64,000 nucleotides of DNA, from positions 186,001 to 250,000 of the forward strand of contig NZ_SMNA01000007.1 in assembly GCF_004353825.1 (NCBI RefSeq), written 5' to 3'. The DNA comes from Occultella glacieicola (GTDB lineage Bacteria; Actinomycetota; Actinomycetes; Actinomycetales; Beutenbergiaceae). Numbering within the stretch: the first letter of the stretch is position 1; the number at the start of each line of letters is the position of its first letter. Made by a program: the position numbers and the translations under genes. Below are positions 8,780 to 18,253 of this stretch, piece after piece. Below the pieces are notes generated by a model, which saw only the letters and a program-made list of their open reading frames with translations, had not been told where the DNA came from and ran no database searches.

Positions 8780-9394
8780 ATGTCCGTCAAGCAGAGCCTG
8801 CTCGCGCTGCTCATCGAGGAGCCGATGGGGGTGTACGCGCTCCGTAAGGAGTTCGAGGCCCGCACCGGCGGCACCTGGCCGCTGAACATCGGGCAGGTCT
8901 ACACGACGATCCAGCGGCTGGAGCGGGACGGGCTGGTGGAACGGGCCGACGACGGTGATGGGGACGGGGACGTCGAGCGGTTCGCGCTGACGGAGCCGGG
9001 GCGGGCCGCGGCCCAGGGCTGGTGGCTCTCCCCGGTGCGGCGCGGTGCGCCGGAGCGGGACGAGCTCGTCATCAAGCTCGCGCTCGCCGTCGGCGCCCCC
9101 GGCGTGGACATCCGCGCCGTCGTGCAGAGGCAGCGCAGCGAGACGATGCGCGCCCTGCGCGACTTCACGCGACTCAAGGCCGGTGAGCCCGACGGCGGAA
9201 CTCGCCCGGGCGGTGACCTCGCCTGGTCGCTCGTGCTCGATCACCACGTGTTCTCCGCGGAGGCGGAGATGCGCTGGCTCGACCACGTCGAGGCCCGGGC
9301 GAGCCGAGCTGCGGCCGACGCGATCCCAGCCGGCCGCGCCGACTCGGCCGCCGGCCGCGCCGACTCGGCAGCGGCGACCCGGAGCCGGCGATGA
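8780..9394 (+). CDS. PadR family transcriptional regulator
   Basis: WPLNIGQVYTTIQRLERDGLV, LTEPGR, RDELVIKL. Confidence 0.9.
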   Translation: MSVKQSLLALLIEEPMGVYALRKEFEARTGGTWPLNIGQVYTTIQRLERDGLVERADDGDGDGDVERFALTEPGRAAAQGWWLSPVRRGAPERDELVIKLALAVGAPGVDIRAVVQRQRSETMRALRDFTRLKAGEPDGGTRPGGDLAWSLVLDHHVFSAEAEMRWLDHVEARASRAAADAIPAGRADSAAGRADSAAATRSRR

Positions 9395-10143
9395 GCACTG
9401 TCGGCACCGCGCCGGTCATTCTCGAACTCGTCGGCGCCACCCGGGTGCACGGCGAGGGCGTCCGCGCCGTCCGGGCCCTCGACGAGGTCGACCTGACCGT
9501 CCGGATGGGCGAGCTCGTCGCCGTGATGGGCCCGTCCGGGTCCGGCAAGTCCACCCTGCTGAACCTCGCCGGCGGACTGGACACCCCGACGGCGGGCGCC
9601 GTCCGGCTCGCGGGCGAAGCCCTCTCGGACCTGGACGCGAAGGGCCGAGCCGCGCTACGCCGTCGGCGGATCGGTTACGTCTTCCAGGACCTGAACCTGA
9701 TCCCGGCGCTGACCGCGGCGGAGAACGTGTCCCTGCCGCGCGAGCTCGACGGCGTCCGGCTGCGCAAGGCGCGACGGGAGGCACTCGTCGCGCTGGAGCA
9801 GGTCGGCGTCGGCCACCTCGCGGACAGGTTCCCGGACGAGCTCTCCGGCGGCCAGCAGCAGCGGGTCGCGATCGCCCGGGCGCTGGTCGGCCCGCGTCGG
9901 CTGGTCCTGGCCGACGAGCCGACCGGTGCCCTGGACTCGGTGACGGGCGAGGCGGTGATGCGGGTGCTGAGGGCCCGGGTCGACGCCGGCGCGGCCGGGC
10001 TGCTGGTCACCCACGAGCCCCGGTTCGCGGCGTGGGCGGACCGGACCGTGTTCCTGCGCGACGGCGTGCTCGTGGACAGCACCGCCGACGACCAGCCCGA
10101 GGCGCTCCTGGCCGGCTCCGGTCCGCGGCACCGGGAGGACTGA
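9391..10143 (+). CDS. ABC transporter ATP-binding protein (LolD/MacB-like)
   Basis: GPSGSGKS, LSGGQQQR, LADEPTGALD. Confidence 0.95.
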   Translation: MSTVGTAPVILELVGATRVHGEGVRAVRALDEVDLTVRMGELVAVMGPSGSGKSTLLNLAGGLDTPTAGAVRLAGEALSDLDAKGRAALRRRRIGYVFQDLNLIPALTAAENVSLPRELDGVRLRKARREALVALEQVGVGHLADRFPDELSGGQQQRVAIARALVGPRRLVLADEPTGALDSVTGEAVMRVLRARVDAGAAGLLVTHEPRFAAWADRTVFLRDGVLVDSTADDQPEALLAGSGPRHRED

Positions 10144-12833
10144 TGGACCGCAGGCTGACCCGCTGGCGGGCGTCGCTGCGGATCGCCCGCCGGGACGCGT
10201 GGCGCCACCGTGGCCGCACCCTGCTCGTGGTCGCGATGATCGCGCTGCCGGTGTTGGGGGCGACGTTCGTCGCCACCGTGATCCGCTCGTCCAGCCCGAC
10301 CGTCGCGACGACGCTGCATCAGACGCTGGGGGATCAGGCCCAGGCGCTGGTCACGGTGGACCCGTGCGGCTTCGCGATCCAACAGGTGCCCACCGGCGGG
10401 CGGACCTGCCTGAGTGACCAGCCGGTCGAGGAGGTCGGTGAGGCCGATATCGCGGCACTGGTGCCGGCCGGAGCCGAACTCGTCGCACGGCACGAGTTCG
10501 GCGTCGACCTGTACACCGATGAGGTCCGGATCGGCGACGAGGTCCTCGCCGCGACCGATGCCGAACGAGTGCCCGGGCTGCTCCCGCTCACCTCCGGCGA
10601 GGTCCCGTCCGCACCGGGGGACGTGGTGCTCGCCGCGCGGCTCGTCGACCGGCTGGGGCTCGATCTCGGCGACGCGTTCACGATCGCCTCCGGTGAGAGC
10701 GAGGTGCCGGCCACCCTTGTGGGGGTCATGCGCAACGGAGACCAGTCCGGGCTGGCCGCCCAGGACACCCTGCCTGGCGATGGCGAGCTCTCCAGCTCCT
10801 GGTACGTGCTCGGTCCCGTCCCCGTCACCTGGCCCGACGTGCTCGCCCTGAACGAGATCGGGGTGGGCGCCGTCAGCCGAGCCGTACTCCTGGACCCGCC
10901 ACCGCGCGCCGAGGTGCCCTACTACGCGACGTTCGACCCGGGCACGAGCGCACAGTCCAGCACGATAGGCCTCGTCGCAGCGGTCGCCGGGATCGGGCTG
11001 CTCGAGGTGGTGCTGCTCGTCGGCCCGGCGTTCGCCGTCGGGGCGAAGAGGAGCACCCGCCAGCTCGCGCTCGTCGCCGCCACCGGGGGACGGCCCGCGG
11101 ACCTGCGCCGGATCGTGCTGTCGGCGGGCCTGGTGGCCGGTCTCGGAGCCGCGCTGGTCGGGATCGCGCTGGGACTGCTCGGCGGCGCGATCATCTATCT
11201 GGTCAACAGCCGCGGTGACTACCCGCCGCCGAACCTCGTGCTGCCCACCTGGGAACTGGCGGCGGTCGCCGGGGTCGCGGTCCTGCTCGGGCTCGCGGCG
11301 GCCTGGCTGCCTGCGCGCTCCGCCTCGCGTGCCGACGTGGTCGCGGCTCTGGCGGGTCGACGTTCCCAGGCCACCCCCCGACGGCGGGTGCCCTGGATCG
11401 GCGTGGGCCTGACCGTGGTCGGTCTGGGGCTGGCGATCGTCGGCGCGACGCGGGCCACGATGCTCATGCTCGTCGCCGGCGTCATCGTGATGGAGGTCGG
11501 CCTGATCCTCGCCGCCGGTGGGATCATCGCGCTGCTCGGCCGGCTGGGACCGCGACTGCGGGCTCCCGTCCGGATCGCGGTGCGGGACGCCGACCGGCAG
11601 CGCGGCCGGACCGCGCCGGCCGTCGCGGCCGTGCTCGCCGCCGTCGCAGCGGCCACCGCCGCGATGGTGTTCAGCACCAGCGAGGCACGGGCCCAGGATG
11701 CGTCCTGGGCGCCGATGGCCGCCGACGGCACCGGCTACCTGACCACCTACTCCTTCATCGACCCTGCTCAGGACGCCCAGGCTTCGTTCGACGATGCCCT
11801 GAGCGTGGTCAGGGCGGCGCGGCCCGACGCGGCGTTCACACCCGTGCTCGGCCTGATCCCGGACGACCCGGCGGGCTTTGTGGAGCTCTGGGCGGAGCCG
11901 GACCCTGCCACCGTGTGTGCGGACGACCTCACCGAGGAACAACGGGCGCAGGACGAGCGGTGCGCCGCCGGGCTCCTCACGAGCGGTTACGGCTGGGGTG
12001 CGCAGCTCCTGGTCGACGACGGCACCATGGTCGCCGCGGCGGGTCTGCCCGGCGCGGACGAGGCGGCCGCCGCGCTCGCCGACGGGCGGGTGCTCGTCAA
12101 CGATCCCGACGTCATCTGGCCGGACGGGATGGTGCACCTCACCCTGGCCGCGTCGCGGGACGATGCCGGCAACGAGACCGCCGATCCGGTCGAACTGGCC
12201 GTGCCCGCGCACGTGGTCGACTGGCGCCACTGGTCGTACGGCCTGCTGCTCTCGCCGGAGGTCGTCGACCAGCTCGACCCGGCGAGCGTTGCGGCACGGG
12301 TGGCACCGATCGGTGCGCTCGTGGGGGCCCAGGCCCCGCTGGCGCAGGCCGACGTGGACCACCTCAGACGCCTCCTCGCCGACGTGGGCTCGGGAGGTGG
12401 CCTCTCGGTCGAGGGCCTGCAGAACTCGAGCGACGCGCTGAGCAACAGCCTGATCGTGGCCGGTGCCGCGCTCGCGATCGCGCTGGCGGCGACCGGTCTC
12501 AGCGTCGGGCTCGCGGCGGCCGAGTCTCGCCCTGATCTCGCCACCCTGGCCGCGATCGGCGCCAGCCCGGGCCTGCGCCGGAAGGTCGCCGGCGCGCAGG
12601 CGGGCGTGATCGCCGTCATCGGCGCGGTCGTCGGGGTCGGGACCGGCCTGCTGCTGGGCTACGTCCTGAGTCTGTGGCAACGGACCGCCGGCCAGTGGGG
12701 TGCGCTGTGGGAGACGGTCGTACCCTGGCCCGCCGTGGCGCTGCTCGCCCTCGGGCTTCCGGTGTTGGCGATCGGCGGCGCCATGGTGCTCACCCGGTCA
12801 CGGTTACCGATGGTGCGCCGGATGGCGCAGTGA
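10143..12833 (+). CDS. FtsX-like ABC exporter permease
   Basis: TGATG coupling; two FtsX-type TM clusters with large extracytoplasmic loops. Confidence 0.85.
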   Translation: MDRRLTRWRASLRIARRDAWRHRGRTLLVVAMIALPVLGATFVATVIRSSSPTVATTLHQTLGDQAQALVTVDPCGFAIQQVPTGGRTCLSDQPVEEVGEADIAALVPAGAELVARHEFGVDLYTDEVRIGDEVLAATDAERVPGLLPLTSGEVPSAPGDVVLAARLVDRLGLDLGDAFTIASGESEVPATLVGVMRNGDQSGLAAQDTLPGDGELSSSWYVLGPVPVTWPDVLALNEIGVGAVSRAVLLDPPPRAEVPYYATFDPGTSAQSSTIGLVAAVAGIGLLEVVLLVGPAFAVGAKRSTRQLALVAATGGRPADLRRIVLSAGLVAGLGAALVGIALGLLGGAIIYLVNSRGDYPPPNLVLPTWELAAVAGVAVLLGLAAAWLPARSASRADVVAALAGRRSQATPRRRVPWIGVGLTVVGLGLAIVGATRATMLMLVAGVIVMEVGLILAAGGIIALLGRLGPRLRAPVRIAVRDADRQRGRTAPAVAAVLAAVAAATAAMVFSTSEARAQDASWAPMAADGTGYLTTYSFIDPAQDAQASFDDALSVVRAARPDAAFTPVLGLIPDDPAGFVELWAEPDPATVCADDLTEEQRAQDERCAAGLLTSGYGWGAQLLVDDGTMVAAAGLPGADEAAAALADGRVLVNDPDVIWPDGMVHLTLAASRDDAGNETADPVELAVPAHVVDWRHWSYGLLLSPEVVDQLDPASVAARVAPIGALVGAQAPLAQADVDHLRRLLADVGSGGGLSVEGLQNSSDALSNSLIVAGAALAIALAATGLSVGLAAAESRPDLATLAAIGASPGLRRKVAGAQAGVIAVIGAVVGVGTGLLLGYVLSLWQRTAGQWGALWETVVPWPAVALLALGLPVLAIGGAMVLTRSRLPMVRRMAQ

Positions 12834-12937
12834 GCAGCGCCAACGGCAGGTGAGCGCCAGCCGCGACGGTGCCGGCCGCCGTCGGGTCGGGACGTACGTC
12901 CCACCACTGGCGACAATCGACCGACCACAGTGGGACC

Positions 12938-13588
12938 GTGAGCACGGCGCCCGTCCCCGAGCCGGACGTCGGCGATGCGCCAGCCATCTTCCGAGGCCGG
13001 CGGCACCGCCCAGGGCTGCTGTTCGCGACCATGATCGTCTCGTCCATCGTCTGCCTGATCGCCTCGGCGGTCCTGGCGATCGACGCCGTCATCCTCGCCG
13101 CCGAACCGGCCGCCTCCCTCAGCTGCGACCTCAACGCCGTCGTCAGCTGCGCGACGGTGGCGCAGTCCTGGCAGGCGAACGTGTTCGGCTTCCCGAACGC
13201 GTTCATCGGGGTGGCGACCGAACCGGTGATCCTGACGATCGCCGTCGCCGGCCTCGGCGGGACCCGGTTCCCGCGCTGGTTCCTGTTGGCCGCCCAGATC
13301 GGCTACGCGCTCGGCCTGGTCTTCGCGTACTGGCTGTTCGTGCAGTCGCTCACCGCGATCGGGGCACTGTGCCCGTGGTGCCTGACCATCACCGTGTTCA
13401 CCACGATCACGTTCTTCACCCTCCTGCATCTGAACGTGGTGCAGGGCAACCTGTACCTGCGCCCGCGGGCGCAGGAGTGGGCAGCCTCGATGGTCCGATC
13501 CGGCGCGGACCATTTGATCCCGGCGATCCTGATCGGGCTGGTCGTCCTGGCCATCCTGCTGACCCACGGGGTGCGGCTCTTCACGTGA
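12938..13588 (+). CDS. Vitamin K epoxide reductase family protein
   Basis: CDLNAVVSC, FGFPN, CPWC; multiple TM helices. Confidence 0.9.
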   Translation: MSTAPVPEPDVGDAPAIFRGRRHRPGLLFATMIVSSIVCLIASAVLAIDAVILAAEPAASLSCDLNAVVSCATVAQSWQANVFGFPNAFIGVATEPVILTIAVAGLGGTRFPRWFLLAAQIGYALGLVFAYWLFVQSLTAIGALCPWCLTITVFTTITFFTLLHLNVVQGNLYLRPRAQEWAASMVRSGADHLIPAILIGLVVLAILLTHGVRLFT

Positions 13589-13614
13589 GGCGCTTCCGCG
13601 GAAGCGGCCAGTGG

Positions 13615-13746
13615 TCAGCTCAGCCTTCGAGCGTCGGTGCCGTCCATGAATACATCGCCTCATCCGGGGCGACTCGTCTCGTACCACGTCGCGGCGGCAC
13701 GGTACTCATCCAGCGCTTCGGAGTGCTCGCGCCAGGCGAGAATCAC
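13615..13746 (-). pseudogene. ParE/RelE-type toxin remnant
   Basis: MILAWREHSEALDEYRAAATWYETSRPG*GDVFMD...; in-frame TGA at 13660-13662, then truncated. Confidence 0.65.
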
Positions 13747-13965
13747 TGGCGGAGCGCGGCGATCTCGGCACGGACCTGGGCATGCGCCTCGCGACCGTCA
13801 ACGAGGTTCGCCTTGCGGCTCACGATCTCCGCGACACGCCGGTCGATGACCTCGTTCCACGCCGCGTCGATGGCCTCCCGCTCCACGTCGGCATCCTGGT
13901 CCACGCTGAGCAGGAGCTGGTGAGTGAGGGGCCTCCAGGCGCTCCGCGGCGTCGAGAGCCTTGGG
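13743..13965 (-). pseudogene. Addiction-module antitoxin remnant (TIGR02574/PF09720-like)
   Basis: KALDAAERLEA / HQLLLSVDQDADVEREAIDAAWNEVIDRRVAEIVSRKANLVDG...; frameshift at a 4-nt duplication near 13921-13928; no start codon found. Confidence 0.7.
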
Positions 13966-14132
13966 GGTGGGAGGGGCCTCGTCCGAATCGTGGCACAACC
14001 CGATAAACTGACCCCACAATCCAGGGATCAGCGCTACCGGGGTGGGAGGAGCGCACCTCGTCGACCCCGGGAGACGCCCTGTCCGTCATCTCCTCCTACC
14101 GCAGCCTGTTCGCTCTGACCGGACGGGCGTAC

Positions 14133-15290
14133 GTGGTCGTGGCGTTCGTCGCCCGGCTTCCGCTCGCGATGTCCCAGATGGGTACGTTGCTGCTGGTCGC
14201 CGGCGTCTCCGGCAGTTACGGCGCGGGGGGCGTTGCCGCCGGGGCGATCGCCGTCACGAACGCGATCGGCTCGCCGCTGAGCGGCGCGATCAGTGACCGG
14301 ATCGGGCAGCGACCGGTGCTGCTCGTGCAGTCCGTGGCCGGGTCCGCGGGGCTGTCGCTGCTCGTGGTCCTCTCGAGCGTCGGGGCACCCTGGCAGGCGC
14401 TCGCGGCGGTGGCCGGCGCCACCGGGCTGTTCCTGCCGCAGGTCGGCACGATGGCGCGGGTGCGCTGGCGTGAACTGACGGCCGACAAGGGGGCTGAGCG
14501 GTTCCGGCTCACCTCGGCGGCGTTCTCCTACGAGGGCTCCGCGGACGAGGCTTCGTTCGTGCTCGGTCCCGCACTCGTGGGACTGGGGGCCGCGTTCGTG
14601 TCCCCGTCCGGGTCCCTGATCCTGGCCGCGGTCCTGCTCGCCGTGTTCGGGCTCTGGTTCGCGCTGCACCCCACGGCCGCGATCGTGGCGGGCCACCCGG
14701 TCGGGCCCCGATCGGGCCCGGTCCTGACCCGGCTGCTGGTGGGTCTGGCTCTCGGGACGCTCTGCGTGGGCATGGTCTTCGGTTCCGTCCAGACCGGGAC
14801 GACGGCGTTGGCGACCGAGGCGGGTCAGGCCGGGTACGCGGGGCTGCTGCATGCTCTGCTCGGCGTCGGCAGCGTGGTCGCCGGGCTCACCATCGCCGGC
14901 CTGCCGGCCAGGTTCACGTTCGCGGACCGGCTCCCGGTGTTCGGTGCCGCGCTCGCGGTGCTCGCGGTGCCATTGCTGGCGGTGCACTCGATCGGTGCCC
15001 TGGCCGGGGTGCTGCTCCTGCTCGGACTCGCGGTGGCGCCGTACCTGATCACCGTGTACTCCGCGTGCGAGGCGACCGTCGACCCCCGACGCCTCGGCGC
15101 CGCCATGATGGCACTGGCCGCCTCCACTAGCCTGGGCTACGCGCTCGGCTCGAGCCTGGCCGGGCAGCTCGCCGACCGGAGCGGCTACGGCGGGGCCTAT
15201 GCGGTGACGGTCGGGGCCTGTGCGGGCGCGCTCGGGCTCGCGCTGGTGATCCGACCGGCCCTGGGCCGGGCTCAGCGCCAGGACGGCTGA
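14133..15290 (+). CDS. MFS transporter (true start may be near 14079)
   Basis: About 12 hydrophobic segments; SDRIGQR motif A; DE..FVLGP. Confidence 0.85.
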   Translation: MVVAFVARLPLAMSQMGTLLLVAGVSGSYGAGGVAAGAIAVTNAIGSPLSGAISDRIGQRPVLLVQSVAGSAGLSLLVVLSSVGAPWQALAAVAGATGLFLPQVGTMARVRWRELTADKGAERFRLTSAAFSYEGSADEASFVLGPALVGLGAAFVSPSGSLILAAVLLAVFGLWFALHPTAAIVAGHPVGPRSGPVLTRLLVGLALGTLCVGMVFGSVQTGTTALATEAGQAGYAGLLHALLGVGSVVAGLTIAGLPARFTFADRLPVFGAALAVLAVPLLAVHSIGALAGVLLLLGLAVAPYLITVYSACEATVDPRRLGAAMMALAASTSLGYALGSSLAGQLADRSGYGGAYAVTVGACAGALGLALVIRPALGRAQRQDG

Positions 15291-15370
15291 GCCCACCCGC
15301 CGGACGAGGGTGCCGGGGAGGGTCCGGCTGCCACTCTCGAGCGGGTGGGAGTGCACTCGTGGCTGCCACG

Positions 15371-16060
15371 TCAGCACGCTCGGCCCGGTGGCGGCAGGAT
15401 CGTGCGGGCGTCCCGCTCAAGGACGCGTGCCCGCGGCGCGTCGACGATCGCGACCGCCGCACGGTGGCGCTCGTCCACCGGGACGTCGTGCACCTGGAGT
15501 TGCGGCGAATCCTCGGGCAGCGCCGGTGACGTCGCCTTGAGGATCGCCTCCATGCGCACCCACCGGCGGGCGAACTCCCTGGCCCGGTCCGGCTCCGGCA
15601 GGTCCGCCAGAGCGGCCACGTCGCGATCGCCGAGGCCGACCCGCGCCAGAGCCACGTGATCCAGCGATGCGTCGACCACCTCGACGTCCACCCCCACCGG
15701 GCCGTCGCGCCCGGCCGCGACCACCACCCAGCCACCCGAGTGCGACACGGACACCTCCGGCCGGCGGCTCGGTACCCGGACGTGTTCGGCCAGGCGGACC
15801 TTGCCGTGCGGGCGGCCGCACCGGGCACAGGTGCGCTCCAACGGCACGAGTGCGGGAGCGGTGCCCAGGTCCCGGCCGAGGAGCACGCGCACGATCGCCG
15901 CACCGACCAGGAACCGGGCCCGGTCGGCAGGGTGCCGGTAGCCGGCGTACCGGTGTGCCTCCACCGGGTCCAGCAGGCCGAGCCAGGCGGGGTCCGCCGC
16001 GGTCAGGGGTGCCCACCACAGCGTCACCTCCCCCCGACGAGGGAGCGCCCGGGTGCCCAT
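15371..16060 (-). CDS. Sfp-type 4'-phosphopantetheinyl transferase
   Basis: HGK, VSVSHSG, VGVDVE, WVRMEAILKA (WxxKEA-like); TGATG coupling to the upstream gene. Confidence 0.85.
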   Translation of the reverse strand: MGTRALPRRGEVTLWWAPLTAADPAWLGLLDPVEAHRYAGYRHPADRARFLVGAAIVRVLLGRDLGTAPALVPLERTCARCGRPHGKVRLAEHVRVPSRRPEVSVSHSGGWVVVAAGRDGPVGVDVEVVDASLDHVALARVGLGDRDVAALADLPEPDRAREFARRWVRMEAILKATSPALPEDSPQLQVHDVPVDERHRAAVAIVDAPRARVLERDARTILPPPGRAC

Positions 16061-16932
16061 CAGGCGAGCGGGACCTCGGGGCCGGCGACCGTGGCCCGGT
16101 CGTGGATGTCGAGGATCAGACCCTCGTCGCGGCCCGGCGTGGCACCGAGCCGCTCGATCAGATGGCAGGTGGCGTACGGCCGGCTCCGCTGGCGGTAGGT
16201 CCGGATCCAGGCCTCGGTGCGCTCGGCGGTGTCCTGGTCGGGGTAGGGCCACGTGATGGTGATCCGCGGTGCTCCGCAACGCCAGGGCTTCGGGGTGAGC
16301 CGGGCCCGGTAGGTCTTGTGGGTGGCGCACAGCCTCACGTACACCGGGTCGGCGGCGAGCTCCTGCAGGATCCGGTCGGCCTCGGGTGAGTCCGGCGCCG
16401 CGGCGGTTCCGGTGATGACCACCCGCAGGCCGGCGGCGGTCCGATACACGTGCGCACCGAGCTCCGGATGTGCCGCGTCGAAGGCGCGGACCCGGTTCAG
16501 GGCGAGGGCCGCGGGGTCGGCCGCGGGCTCCGGCCCGGGTGTCCCAGCACCGAGCAAGCGCCGCAGCAGCCCGCCCGCGCGCACGAGCGGAGTCGGCGCC
16601 TGCGGCAGGTCCACATCCGCGATCAGCACCCGGTCGGTGTTCAGGACCTCGGCGCCGTACCGGTTCCGGGTGGTCGCGGCGATGAGGGTGCCGTCGGTGC
16701 CGTGGAACTCCTGCAGGGTCTGCTCGCGCAGCGGCATCCGCGGGTAGTAGCGGCCCAGCCGGGCACCCGCGGCCAGGCGGGCGACGGTCTCGGCCAGCCG
16801 TCGTCCCGCGACCTCCCGGGCGTGGCCGAGCGACGTGGTGGACCAGCCCCAGATCGTCAGCCGCAGCGGCTTGCCGTCGGCGTCGGTGGCCGGACTCACC
16901 ACCTTCTCCCAGAAGCGAGGGATCGGCTGCAT
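16060..16932 (-). CDS. Hypothetical protein with possible primase-polymerase-like motifs
   Basis: TRNRYGAEVLN, IADVD, YRTAAGLRV, RARLTPKPWR; TAGGAT 6 nt before the ATG. Confidence 0.7.
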   Translation of the reverse strand: MQPIPRFWEKVVSPATDADGKPLRLTIWGWSTTSLGHAREVAGRRLAETVARLAAGARLGRYYPRMPLREQTLQEFHGTDGTLIAATTRNRYGAEVLNTDRVLIADVDLPQAPTPLVRAGGLLRRLLGAGTPGPEPAADPAALALNRVRAFDAAHPELGAHVYRTAAGLRVVITGTAAAPDSPEADRILQELAADPVYVRLCATHKTYRARLTPKPWRCGAPRITITWPYPDQDTAERTEAWIRTYRQRSRPYATCHLIERLGATPGRDEGLILDIHDRATVAGPEVPLA

Positions 16933-17166
16933 CGGACGATCCTACGGGCCGACCACCGGGTGGCGAGTTCCGGCCGAACGCGTGGAAGCACCCGGTGTCC
17001 GGCCGGCTCACCGGGGTCTTCCGCGCGTTCGCCCACGCGTCTCAGCCGCCTCGCCACCACCGATGCCGACTTCAGGACTAGCCTGAGCGTCATGGGTGCG
17101 GCCGAGCCGCCGGGGCTCCGACAGGGCGAGCGGCTGTCCGATGCGAGCGAAGCCCGCTGACCGGGG

Positions 17167-17601
17167 TCAGCCTGCGGTTCCGAAGCCCGGGGGCAGCGGT
17201 CGCGGCTCGGTGATCCGGATGTGGTTGCCGGCCGGGTCCCGGAACCCGAAGTCGATCCCGTACGGCTGCTCGGTGGGTTCCTCGGGCAGGTCGACCCCCT
17301 TGGCCACGAGTTCGCCGTGCGCCGCGCGGGCGTCGTCGGTGCTGAAGATCAGCGTGCCGCCGGAGGCACCCTTGCTCACCATCACGCGCACCGCCTCGAC
17401 GGTCTCCGGGTCGTACCCGGGCGGCCCCGGCTGCTCCAGGAGGATCTCCCGGTCGGTGCCGGGCACCCGCACGGTGAGCCACCGCATCGGTCCGGAGTCC
17501 ACGTCGGCGGAGGGCTCCAGGCCCAGCGTGTTCACGTAGAAGTCCAGCGCCTCGTCCTGGTCGGTCACGAAGATCTGCGAGATGGTCAGGTTGTTGATCA
17601 A
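17167..17601 (-). CDS. VOC/glyoxalase family protein
   Basis: DQDEALDFYVNTLG, RWLTV, FRDPAGN; TTG start. Confidence 0.85.
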   Translation of the reverse strand: MINNLTISQIFVTDQDEALDFYVNTLGLEPSADVDSGPMRWLTVRVPGTDREILLEQPGPPGYDPETVEAVRVMVSKGASGGTLIFSTDDARAAHGELVAKGVDLPEEPTEQPYGIDFGFRDPAGNHIRITEPRPLPPGFGTAG

Positions 17602-17636
17602 GCCGACCAGCCTGGGGAGGTGACCCGGGCGACTGC

Positions 17637-18041
17637 TTATCCGAAACTGCTCGGTTCGCTGCCGGTCTCTGGCGTCGGCGCGTGCTCGGACGGACGGGCC
17701 CAGCGCATCGCGAAGCATGACGGCACGGCCGGGAGCGGCCCCCGCCGACGGTAGGCACTCGGGCTCTCCCCGACGATCGCCGTGAACGTCCGGCTGAACG
17801 TGCCGAGGCTGGCGAACCCGACCTCGAGGCCGACCTCGGTGACGCTGCGATCGCCTTGACGCAACAGGAACATCGCCCGCTCGACGCGGCGACGCTGCAG
17901 GTACCGGTGCGGCGTCTCGGCGAACACGGACCGGAAACTGCGGATGAAGTGGGCCGGCGAGACGTGCGCCACGGCGGCCAGGGTCGGGATGTCCAAAGGC
18001 TCGGCGTACGCGCGATCCTTGAGGTCCCGAGCCCGCAGCAT
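17637..18041 (-). CDS. AraC-family HTH regulator (DNA-binding domain only)
   Basis: SPAHFIRSF, ETPHRYL, VGFASLGTFSRTF, SPSAYR. Confidence 0.85.
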   Translation of the reverse strand: MLRARDLKDRAYAEPLDIPTLAAVAHVSPAHFIRSFRSVFAETPHRYLQRRRVERAMFLLRQGDRSVTEVGLEVGFASLGTFSRTFTAIVGESPSAYRRRGPLPAVPSCFAMRWARPSEHAPTPETGSEPSSFG

Positions 18042-18253
18042 CCTGCGGCTGCGATCCTCCTCCGCCCGGCCGATCTCAGATGATGAGACGAATTCGCGTC
18101 GGCCGGTGGTAGGCGGCGCGGCAGCCTACCGTCGGTTGGCCGGCGCGGCGCCGGTGCGCACGTACGCGCGCCGCCACGAACCGACCCCGGACCGCCGGAA
18201 CCTTCCAGACCCCCGCGACGCTCCGCCGTCGTCCCCCACCGAATCGAGCCAGC

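Noticed and set aside
9045..10142. Long N-terminal extension of the 1262-aa ORF
   Set aside because: Off-frame overlap with PadR and the ATPase; the permease starts at 10143.
9675..12680. Long antisense ORFs (also 30719-33301, 24752-26821, 54904-56430)
   Set aside because: Stop-poor shadow frames of high-GC genes with no recognisable motifs.
13660..13662. Selenocysteine or readthrough at the ParE TGA
   Set aside because: The frame ends 14 codons later and the partner gene is also broken, so decay is the simpler explanation.
15371..16060. NRPS/PKS cluster suggested by the PPTase
   Set aside because: No carrier-protein or synthase genes in the window.
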